Source: an uncultured archaeon (GTDB lineage: Archaea > Thermoplasmatota > Penumbrarchaeia > JASLWR01). Taken from it: a stretch of 64,000 nucleotides of DNA. The notes under the pieces were generated by a model. That model had not been told where the DNA came from, ran no database searches, and saw only the letters and a list, made by a program, of their open reading frames with translations. How positions within the stretch are numbered: position 1 is the first letter of the stretch; each line of letters begins with the position of its first letter. The stretch covers positions 120,790 through 184,789 of the forward strand of contig CAYFHS010000002.1 of NCBI GenBank assembly GCA_964342815.1, in the 5' to 3' direction. Position numbers and translations under genes: made by a program. Of the stretch, positions 56,213-64,000 are shown piece by piece.

Positions 56213-56632
56213 CTACTCATCGATGTAAAAATGGAATTTGTTTTTAACCCTCTCAGCTCTTATGAGTCCTATCTTTATGAGCTTGTTCATGTGGTAGATG
56301 ATGGCCTGGCGGGTCTTTCCGAATTTGTCCACGAGGTCCATGTACGTGGCGCCAGGACGTTTCCTGATGAAATCGCAGGTCTCCTTTTGTCTCGGAGTTA
56401 TCGGTTCGGGGATCTTATCGCCTTTCATGGATATGGGATAGAATCTTTTCCAGTATCCATTATATACCGCAAAGATCTTTTCGGTTTCGGTAAGCTTCAA
56501 AATGTGGTAAGTAAGCCTCCCTGAAGATAATTCCAAGCGTTTGAGTATATAGCTGAAATGACATCCAGGGTTTCTTTTGATATATGACAGGATCTTCGCC
56601 CTTACTTTTTTTGAAATATCGAATCGGTTCAT
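56213..56632 (-). CDS. Double winged helix-turn-helix transcriptional regulator
   Basis: ILSYIKRNPGCHF...L.LSSG.L.YH..KL and FIRKRPGAT...KTRQAIIYHMNKL. Confidence 0.85.
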   Translation of the reverse strand: MNRFDISKKVRAKILSYIKRNPGCHFSYILKRLELSSGRLTYHILKLTETEKIFAVYNGYWKRFYPISMKGDKIPEPITPRQKETCDFIRKRPGATYMDLVDKFGKTRQAIIYHMNKLIKIGLIRAERVKNKFHFYIDE

Positions 56633-56814
56633 CTTGATACCTCCATATTTTCAGCAGTCCATTTTCCTTTTATAAAATTTTCTATTAGAATATGCTTTAG
56701 CGAAAATTTTTGCTCTGGAACGAGTCCGGACGAAAAAACCTCGTTCAAGTGCAATAACTGATTTTCCTGTATTGGATAAATGGCTAAATGTAGGGGAGTT
56801 TTTTTAAAATAAAT

Positions 56815-58782
56815 TCATTCCCCGATTCCCAGTTTCGCCACTATCTCGTCGTGTTCCTTCTGTGTTATGTTGAGCTTGTTACGGAGGACGCTCAGCGCCC
56901 TTTTCTCCGTCTCAGTGATCTGCTTATCCTGCCACATGGCCTCGAAGGTTGCCTCGTAGGCGGATATTCGTGCAGCGTATTCCTGCTCGTATTTCGCCAG
57001 TGTCGGGAATAGCTTGTTGAATAGTTTCTTGATGTAGTTTATCATGGGCATGAACGATATGGAAACGATGAGAGCCGATATGATGTTCGAAAGCAGCTCG
57101 GATACCTTGGGCAGCAGTTTACCTATGACGAATTCCAGAGATTCTCCCACCACCGTGAAGAGCATTGCTATCATGAGAACGATCATGGAGTATGTCAAGC
57201 TCTTCTTGATTATCAACTGGATATCCATCAGGTTGTATTTCAGCACTGCCACAGCAAAGAACAACGATATTACCAGCGTCAGAAGGCTGTCCCATAATAT
57301 TGGCAGCCATGCCAGCCCCAGAACTTCCGGCAGAATGGGTCCCAGAAGAATCATGAGCACTATTAGAAGCAATCCGACGATCATGAACTTGATCTGTTTT
57401 CTGAATCTTGGGTTTCGCTTTACCAGGTACTTCTTGAAAAAGAAACCCAGTGTCGATATAATGTAGATAAAGAAAGCGAGAACCAGGACTGTGTAGAGCG
57501 GTCCGGGGATATAGACGAAATTCTTGTATGGTTCATTGGTTTTTACCCAGGTGATATGATCAAAGTCAGGGTCCCATTGGCCGTTCCCGTTATCGAGGTA
57601 GATATCCTCGCCGTCATTGTAAGTCCCATTTCCTTTTTTCGAGTTATCGAGCCAGAATATGTGTGCGTGATTGGACGCATTCTTGAGAGGGATCCACGAA
57701 ATATTCGAATCCGACAAATTATCTCCGCTCTTGGCAAACGACGTGTTGAAGATAATGATGGTATTATTGCCGTTCTCGTACATCAAAGGCTCAGGTTCGG
57801 CTCCTTTTTTGGAAAAACCGTATTTCCCGTTCCCGTCGAGATCTCTCCAAAACCAGTGGACCAGGTCTTCGGTTTTATACAACGCCCGGTAAACATCGGT
57901 TGTATAGTCCGCTGAACCGGTTGTGGCGTAGCTCAATTTCGTTTTCGTTCCGTTTACAAACTTGTCGGTAGTATTCATGGACGCAGGTAAATACTCGAAT
58001 TTCCCATCCCCATTATCGAGGTATACGTTTTTACTCTCGAAGGCTCCTTCATCATCGTTCCAATCGAATTCAAGCAGGAACAACCGCTGGTGATTTGAAG
58101 CATTCTCGATACTCGTCCATTCCACCTCTCCACCACCCGCCTGGGAATCGTTGTTATCTGTGAAATCCGCATAGCTGAAATTGACCAGCTCCATGGAGTT
58201 ATTTCCGTCAACCACAATCATGGGTTCGGGGACGGTACCGTTATTTCCAAAGCTGTAATTGCCGTCCCCGTCGTAATCCCGAAAGTACCAATGTGTTAGG
58301 TTTTCGTCGGATCCGTTGCCAAAAAGCATACCGTACCTCGAGAGTCCCCCGTCTGCATCAATGATCTTATCGGGCTGAACCACGGGTCTTGCGGTGAAAA
58401 AAAGTGTAGTTGAAAGGATAAGCACTCCGATGATGATCGGAGGGATGTACAGTAAGTACATGGAGTGTGAGGTCTTGCTGTTTTTTTTTTGAGTATGGCT
58501 TTCCTTCCGACTTCTCCGGGCATAAGCAACGGAAAAATGTAACAAGGTGATGGGGATAAGAACGAAACCGACATTTGCCATCTTCGAACCTACGATGGCA
58601 ATGGTGTTACTGCTGGTCAGCTGCAGAAGAAACTCGCCAAAAGACCAGAAACTGCAAGATAGCATAAGTAAAAAGAAAACCCTGCTCGCTCTATCCCGGA
58701 AGTTCTTTTTCAGGACGTATATTCCAAGGGTAAGGCTAGCGACGCCTGCGATGAATGTCGGTATTACTATGGGAGTGGCCAT
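56815..58782 (-). CDS. HisKA_7TM-like multi-pass membrane sensor with a large duplicated extracytoplasmic insert and no kinase domain
   Basis: LGIYVLKKN......FFLLM.S...WSFGE, LLHF, FF.A.LKYNL.DI, plus two roughly 120-aa DxDGxG-containing repeats and a short helical C-terminal domain. Confidence 0.8.
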   Translation of the reverse strand: MATPIVIPTFIAGVASLTLGIYVLKKNFRDRASRVFFLLMLSCSFWSFGEFLLQLTSSNTIAIVGSKMANVGFVLIPITLLHFSVAYARRSRKESHTQKKNSKTSHSMYLLYIPPIIIGVLILSTTLFFTARPVVQPDKIIDADGGLSRYGMLFGNGSDENLTHWYFRDYDGDGNYSFGNNGTVPEPMIVVDGNNSMELVNFSYADFTDNNDSQAGGGEVEWTSIENASNHQRLFLLEFDWNDDEGAFESKNVYLDNGDGKFEYLPASMNTTDKFVNGTKTKLSYATTGSADYTTDVYRALYKTEDLVHWFWRDLDGNGKYGFSKKGAEPEPLMYENGNNTIIIFNTSFAKSGDNLSDSNISWIPLKNASNHAHIFWLDNSKKGNGTYNDGEDIYLDNGNGQWDPDFDHITWVKTNEPYKNFVYIPGPLYTVLVLAFFIYIISTLGFFFKKYLVKRNPRFRKQIKFMIVGLLLIVLMILLGPILPEVLGLAWLPILWDSLLTLVISLFFAVAVLKYNLMDIQLIIKKSLTYSMIVLMIAMLFTVVGESLEFVIGKLLPKVSELLSNIISALIVSISFMPMINYIKKLFNKLFPTLAKYEQEYAARISAYEATFEAMWQDKQITETEKRALSVLRNKLNITQKEHDEIVAKLGIGE

Positions 58783-59069
58783 TGATACCCTCTCTGTTCA
58801 AACGATCTGTAATAATAGTGTTGCATTTGGCTCTTGACCTTTCGATAACGAATATCCATATTTAAAGGTATTTTGTAATAATCTATATTGGAAAGGATTG
58901 TCAGCTCGCCAAAATCATCCTCTTACATCCCCGTTTCCGCTTCACTTTTCTCTCCTTTTTTTCATCATTTAGGAAATACGGACCATGCCCACTTTGTTCC
59001 GCAGAATCAGAGATACTGCTGCACCTTCGATTTCCCTTGGAAATCTGCTGGGCCAGTCGATTTTTTTCG

Positions 59070-59789
59070 TCAATCGCGAGAACTGTACCCCCTCTTTTTT
59101 TGGGCTGCTTTTTCCAAAAAAGTAGTTTTGGGCCGCTTTTTGGCAGGATTTGGGGTGGGAGGGTCTAATAAGTGGTATTTCATAAGGATCGAGGGATTTT
59201 TACGTAACTCGATTATCCTTTTTTGCATCCTGCGGGTGCTGGCAAGCAGGCTTTTCTGCTGTTTCTTTATCTTCCCCACTGGCGTTTCCATGATTTCTTT
59301 TAAATCGGCGAGAAACTGCTCACCGGTCCTGGGAGGTGGTCCGGTGCTTCCTACCCTCTCCCTTATCTTTCCTATGTATGAATCGAACCGTGCGCTCCAT
59401 GCCCTCCCCTCCAGCCCGAAAAGAGCCAGATACATGTCTATCCTCAGCGCCTGGTAGTACTTGAATCCCTGAATGGAGGAACCGTCCTTTTTCATCTCTT
59501 TATCGAAGAGAGCATAAGTCCTCTGAATGAAATTCCAGTAGAATTTTTTAAAACGATAACCCTTTTCAAGATATTCCAGCAGCTCTTCTCGAAATCCTTC
59601 GAGTCCTTCAGGAGCAAGGTCCCCCTGTATCTCGAGATATGCTATCTTCTGGATCGGAAAGTGTATATTGAATTCTTTAAGCCCTTTTATAACCCTGGGT
59701 ATCAGTTCTTCCAGGGGTTCCAGTACCCTCTTCCGGATATGTGTTTCAGGGTCAGGTTCCGGGTTTTCCATAACTTCTTTTTCTACCAT
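59070..59789 (-). CDS. Hypothetical protein
   Basis: ATG 59789 lies 7 nt after the GGR stop; helical, with a basic C-terminal tail; no motif recognised. Confidence 0.7.
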   Translation of the reverse strand: MVEKEVMENPEPDPETHIRKRVLEPLEELIPRVIKGLKEFNIHFPIQKIAYLEIQGDLAPEGLEGFREELLEYLEKGYRFKKFYWNFIQRTYALFDKEMKKDGSSIQGFKYYQALRIDMYLALFGLEGRAWSARFDSYIGKIRERVGSTGPPPRTGEQFLADLKEIMETPVGKIKKQQKSLLASTRRMQKRIIELRKNPSILMKYHLLDPPTPNPAKKRPKTTFLEKAAQKKRGYSSRD

Positions 59790-59796
59790 AAAAGAC

Positions 59797-60993
59797 CTAC
59801 CAGCCGTTCTCCCAGAGAAGCGGCATTGCACGGTTCAATTCTTTTAGTTTTCCCAAATCACTCAGTACCGAAGGGGCCGTTAGTAATCCGAGCCATAGTT
59901 TCCACACAGAAAGACCGCCGCGTTTTCGCGATCTGGCAGCTCTGCCCAGGAGGTCGAGTGCTTTCTCCGTCAATCCGTACAGTGAATTCGCACCGTGACG
60001 TAATAGAGATGACTGTGATGGGTGCGAAAGCATGTTAGTTTCGTATTTTTTTAACTCTGAATAGTCATCCTCATTCTCTTTTTTATTATTAAAATATCTC
60101 CCCACGGCATCCGCTGCGATTTTTGCACTCAGCATCCCGCTGTAGTTCCCTGCAAAGTTCATGGGATTTACGAGAGAACCGCTTTCTCCAAGCAGCAGTA
60201 TTCTGTTGTAAACCAATTTTTTCACCGGGCCATTGCATGGGATCCTGCCTCCTGTGACATTATTGGACTCTGGAAAACTTCGGTGGTGATGACCAATAAG
60301 ATTTCTCAGAGAACGTGCGGGATTCCCCCGGCACACTGCGCCCACCTGTACGTTTTGACCCATTGGAAAGACCCATGCATAGCCGCCCGGCAGGATCTTC
60401 GGGTGGAAGATGAAATTTGCATATACATAATCCTCCTGAGAGACTCCTATCCAACGCGGGTCGAATTCTTCACTGGGATACAGAAACCTCACTGCACCCA
60501 GTGTGGGTACGGTTTCGAGACCGAGATATGAATGCACTGGTGAGGAAATACCGCTGCAGTCAACCATCACCTCGCATCGATATTTTCCTTTACTCGAGCG
60601 CAGGAGGTACTTTCCGCTTTCTTCCATTTCAACGGAGATTATCCGTTCGTCCCTAAAAAAGCGAACTCCTGCCTGCTCGGCCTTTCCTGCAAGATATGAT
60701 ACCAATAGATCCTTCTTCAGGATGTAACCCCTGCTCGCATTATTATAATATCTGAAATGAGAAGGTGTAACGAAGCAAATCCCTTCAAGTCGGCTCACAA
60801 CAAATTCCTCACGTAACGGGATTCCTGAGGATATAAAAGAGTTCTTAGAAAATCCGCAACCGCACCTCACCGGACGCCCCAGTACTGGATTCCTCTCGAA
60901 CACAGCCACATCCAGGCCGGTTTTTCTTATCTTGAACGCAAATGCCGCTCCCGTTATGCCGCAACCTATGACCGCCACCGCATGTTCCTCCAG
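59797..60993 (-). CDS. Geranylgeranyl reductase family FAD-dependent oxidoreductase
   Basis: VAVIGCGITG dinucleotide fold, VFERN...G..V.CG.G, GYAWVFP, GG.IP, LLLGES...VNP...G. Likely CTG start at 60993 behind AAGGGGGA (GTG 60978 is the alternative). Confidence 0.85.
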   Translation of the reverse strand: MEEHAVAVIGCGITGAAFAFKIRKTGLDVAVFERNPVLGRPVRCGCGFSKNSFISSGIPLREEFVVSRLEGICFVTPSHFRYYNNASRGYILKKDLLVSYLAGKAEQAGVRFFRDERIISVEMEESGKYLLRSSKGKYRCEVMVDCSGISSPVHSYLGLETVPTLGAVRFLYPSEEFDPRWIGVSQEDYVYANFIFHPKILPGGYAWVFPMGQNVQVGAVCRGNPARSLRNLIGHHHRSFPESNNVTGGRIPCNGPVKKLVYNRILLLGESGSLVNPMNFAGNYSGMLSAKIAADAVGRYFNNKKENEDDYSELKKYETNMLSHPSQSSLLRHGANSLYGLTEKALDLLGRAARSRKRGGLSVWKLWLGLLTAPSVLSDLGKLKELNRAMPLLWENGW

Positions 60994-61008
60994 AAATGCG
61001 TCCCCCTT

Positions 61009-64000
61009 TCAGATCTTTTTGTTGCAGTTCGGACACATCCACCACCCCTTTTTTACCGGGGCGCTGCAGTGCTTGCAGGTGGGAGAATTTTTTTCGGGAC
61101 GTTTGTATCTGGACGGCGGTTTGAAGCTAAGATCCAGCCCTGGCTCTTCCAAGCACTCGTCCTGGCCTTCCGGTAAAATTACCTCTACACGACAGGGTCT
61201 CTCCTTCATCCTCTTCCTTCCTGCCTTTTCGTCATGATATACTCCGTCAGGTTTTCCGGATCCCGTTCTTTCTTCGGTTATTGGCTTCATCAACGGCGGA
61301 AGAACTTCTCCTGCTGCTTCTCCGACCTTTCTTCTTTTATCGGAAATTTTCCTCTCCTTAAGCGGCTTCATCAGGAGCAGTTTCTTTTCCCCGGATATGG
61401 GTTTCATAAGGTTTCTTTTCGATCTTGCAGTCTTCCCTGCTGCCGGAAGTGTGAAAAGATCATCGATTTCTTTTTTACCACTTGTACTCTCCTTCACGAC
61501 AGGCTCCAGCAAAGGCCAAAAATTCTCTTCCTCAGGGATTTTTGACTCGGTCTCTTCGTCGCTCCACTCCGCATCCAGCTCATATTCAGCCTCATATTCT
61601 CCTTCCATAGGTTGGTCGGAAATGTCCAGTTTAGGCAGGTCCGACAGGTCATCCACTTCATCTTCACCCACGTCATTGAAAAAATTAAGATCATCGGGAT
61701 CGTATGCAGGACCCATTTCCGTCTGGGATTGGAAGCCTGCCGGCTTCCTCTCGACATAAAGATCCTCATAACCGGAGTCCCGTTTCTTTTCTTTCTTGGT
61801 CCGCAGGCCCATTTCGTTGGCAAGATAATCGAAGGTCTCGTCACTATCCGTCTGACCTTTTTTACTTTTGCGTTTCTTGACTGCATCTTCCACATCGTCT
61901 CTTGTGAAAGCTTTCATAAGCCTCTTTCTATACCTTCTACGTTTTATGACCTTGACCACGATTATTAATGACAGCAATGCTATGACCACACCGCCCGTTA
62001 CCAACCAGACCCAGCTATCCACGCCTACCAGGAAACGTTTAAGCTTTGCGGGCACCCCCTGGTTCTCCTCTGTCTCTTCTTCGGGGTTCTCTCCGGGTCG
62101 TTTCCCGGGCTTTACGGGAACCTTGGTCCCCACATTCTTTGCCACTACCCTTAAACTATCTGATACCGCCGCACCGTTATCGTCCTCTATCCTGAGATGA
62201 ATATCATATTCACCGTCTTTTACAAACTCATGGGAGAGTATTTCATCGGTGGAATCAAGGTTGGTGAAGTCAGGCTTTGCATCCTTCTCGACGATTGACC
62301 ATCTATACCACATCCTCGCCAGATCACCCGGGGAATCGGTTATCTTTGGCTCCACCACAATAGAGCCGTTCTTTTCCAGTACCTGATCATCCCCCAGTTC
62401 CAGTGTGGGTGCAATATTCTTCACGAAGATGGAAAATGTGGCACCGGCCGCGTTGTCAGGTTCGTCGTCCGTAACCGTGAGTTGAATGATGAAGGCATTT
62501 TCACTGGAATAAAGAAAAGTATGACTTGCACTCTTCCCGAATGCCAGGGATCCCCCGTCCCCGAAATCCCAGGAGTAGTTCAACCCGTCAATATCACCGG
62601 GAACGTCAAAAGCATCACCTACGAAAGCTACTGATTCACCTTCCTCCACCTCGAAAGCTTCTCTCTGAACTTCACCCTTGTAAATGGCAGACAGGTTAAG
62701 ATCATAAGGCTGAGAGTTCTTAATATATATCATGGCCTGGACGATGTCGAAAACCCCATCGTTATCTTCCACAATGAGAGAAATATGGTAAGTACCATTG
62801 TTTTCATAGGGGAATTCCTCCAGTCCTCCCTTTATATCGTGATCGTTGTCCGGTATCCCGTCATGATCCTCATCGGTCTTGGTATCCAGATCCCAGTAGT
62901 ACTGCAGCGATGCCATATCCCCCGGTGTGTCCGTGGAATTCGTACCTATCAAAGGGATGATGTCTCCCTCGTAATATTCGTCCTGAAACTCGTTGATCAC
63001 TGCAGTGGGCCTCTTATTCTTGATCTCTATGTCCATGCTGTCCGTATCCCCAGCACCGTCGTTATCCTTTAAACGGATGGTGACAGTATAGTAACCCTGC
63101 TGAGAGTAGCTGTGGGTAGCTGTGGGGTCATCCTGCCATTCTGATTCCTCGCCGTCCCCGAAATCCCACTTGTACTCCAGCGTATCCAAGTCGTTTTCCG
63201 TATCAGAGGAGTCCGATGCATCGAATTCGATACTGTCATCCTCGTAGAGAGAGTCCAAATTCACATTGGAACCCAGGTTTACCACGGCATTTGGTTTGCG
63301 GTTCTTAACTACTATGGATCGCGTTATATTCGTCTGGTCTACGTCATCATCCCATACGATAAGCAGCACCGTGGTGGTCCCGCTTTCGAGGTATGTGTGG
63401 GATCCACTTGCCGAGGTTCCCGTTCCATCTGCCATCCTGTCATTATCCGGAATATGGTCGCCGCTCCAGACGTTGATACCGTCGTAAGGCATGTCGTTCT
63501 CCCCATCGAAATCCCAGTACCATTTAAGTGAGTCCAGGTCCGAGGCAGTATCGGAAAGGGCACCGCTGAACTCGATCGGAACTCCCTCATCCACGGGTCC
63601 GGATGTAACAATGTCGCCTGTGGGAGCAACGTTGTGAATCCTGACATAGCAGTACTCGGTCACCTTGAAATTGTCCACATCCGTAACCTCGAGTTTGACG
63701 GTCTTGAGGCCATTCCGGGGCTTTTCGCTTGGGTAACTGGTGGTAACAGTTCGCCCGGTGGCATCGTTATTGCCGTCATTGTCGAAATCCCAGACGAACG
63801 CGGATTCAGCCAGGTTCTTGTCATCGGTTGCCGTTGCAGAGAACTGGATCTGCTCGTCCTCGTCCGCATCGGGAACATGCCCCTGAATACCGTTGCCTCC
63901 CTTGACCATGATGGCTGTGATCTTGGGTGAATTGCCTATGAGATCGAGAGCGTCCTTGGCATCTATCATGCCGCATCCGCGCTCATTGTTTGGATTGTTC
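61009..64000 (-). CDS. 5'-truncated membrane-anchored multi-PKD protein, probably the C-terminal part of an S8 subtilase; cytoplasmic disordered tail ending in a zinc ribbon
   Basis: Frame is open beyond 64000 and reads NNPNNERGCGMIDAKDAL, like the PNNxxGxGxIDAxxA end of S8 domains. About six PKD motifs (WDFD, WDFGDG), TM, CKHC...CPNC. Confidence 0.85.
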   Translation of the reverse strand, partial: NNPNNERGCGMIDAKDALDLIGNSPKITAIMVKGGNGIQGHVPDADEDEQIQFSATATDDKNLAESAFVWDFDNDGNNDATGRTVTTSYPSEKPRNGLKTVKLEVTDVDNFKVTEYCYVRIHNVAPTGDIVTSGPVDEGVPIEFSGALSDTASDLDSLKWYWDFDGENDMPYDGINVWSGDHIPDNDRMADGTGTSASGSHTYLESGTTTVLLIVWDDDVDQTNITRSIVVKNRKPNAVVNLGSNVNLDSLYEDDSIEFDASDSSDTENDLDTLEYKWDFGDGEESEWQDDPTATHSYSQQGYYTVTIRLKDNDGAGDTDSMDIEIKNKRPTAVINEFQDEYYEGDIIPLIGTNSTDTPGDMASLQYYWDLDTKTDEDHDGIPDNDHDIKGGLEEFPYENNGTYHISLIVEDNDGVFDIVQAMIYIKNSQPYDLNLSAIYKGEVQREAFEVEEGESVAFVGDAFDVPGDIDGLNYSWDFGDGGSLAFGKSASHTFLYSSENAFIIQLTVTDDEPDNAAGATFSIFVKNIAPTLELGDDQVLEKNGSIVVEPKITDSPGDLARMWYRWSIVEKDAKPDFTNLDSTDEILSHEFVKDGEYDIHLRIEDDNGAAVSDSLRVVAKNVGTKVPVKPGKRPGENPEEETEENQGVPAKLKRFLVGVDSWVWLVTGGVVIALLSLIIVVKVIKRRRYRKRLMKAFTRDDVEDAVKKRKSKKGQTDSDETFDYLANEMGLRTKKEKKRDSGYEDLYVERKPAGFQSQTEMGPAYDPDDLNFFNDVGEDEVDDLSDLPKLDISDQPMEGEYEAEYELDAEWSDEETESKIPEEENFWPLLEPVVKESTSGKKEIDDLFTLPAAGKTARSKRNLMKPISGEKKLLLMKPLKERKISDKRRKVGEAAGEVLPPLMKPITEERTGSGKPDGVYHDEKAGRKRMKERPCRVEVILPEGQDECLEEPGLDLSFKPPSRYKRPEKNSPTCKHCSAPVKKGWWMCPNCNKKI

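Noticed and set aside
58888-59457. 189-aa plus-strand ORF and the many other 60-250 aa ORFs antisense to or nested in long genes
   Set aside because: Shadow ORFs of well-supported opposite-strand genes; no motifs or ribosome-binding sites.
60993-61011. TGA read-through (selenocysteine-like) fusing the PKD protein to the in-frame GGR gene
   Set aside because: The upstream protein ends cleanly in its Zn ribbon, an SD precedes the GGR start, no SECIS-like hairpin is evident, and the fusion makes no topological sense.
1-64000. Prophage, IS element, integron or diversity-generating retroelement
   Set aside because: No integrase, transposase, terminase, capsid or reverse transcriptase motifs, and no adenine-specific TR/VR pair noticed by eye.

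Overview
A gene-dense archaeal chromosome segment. It is most likely from an uncultured Thermoplasmatota (Thermoplasmata-type) archaeon. This is inferred from Nre, a class III-signal pilin, a thiolase/DUF35 pair, a geranylgeranyl reductase family gene, GGTGA/GGAGG ribosome-binding sites and many CARDB/PKD/NosD membrane-anchored proteins. About 48 CDSs can be supported. They include (i) large surface proteins: CARDB/PKD, two NosD beta-helix/PKD paralogs (one of 2663 aa), a WD40 plus Ca-binding-repeat protein, and a probable subtilase-PKD protein truncated by the window end; (ii) metabolic genes: cysteine synthase, thiC, speD, SDR-thiolase-DUF35, acyl-CoA dehydrogenase with a split B12 mutase, two membrane-fused spermidine-synthase paralogs, a GGR-family reductase; (iii) an RNase II/R, Nre, Tag glycosylase, a type IV pilus module, a serpin lipoprotein and a kinase-less 7TM receptor. 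I saw no rRNA, tRNA, CRISPR array, integrase or transposase. The strongest unexplained signals are non-coding: a roughly 430-bp structured GC-rich element (29700-30133), a 91-bp pseudoknot-capable element (9333-9423) that shares a covarying 25-nt hairpin with it, short dispersed palindromes with the same termini, and an 11 x 18-bp tandem array between RNase R and nreA. The strongest protein-level oddities are a giant type I membrane protein with a cytoplasmic C4HC3 RING/PHD-like finger, a mutase with a poly-Gly-reshaped active site, and non-canonical SpeD and SpeE paralogs. All family assignments come from visual motif recognition and recalled consensus sequences; no database search or folding program was run.
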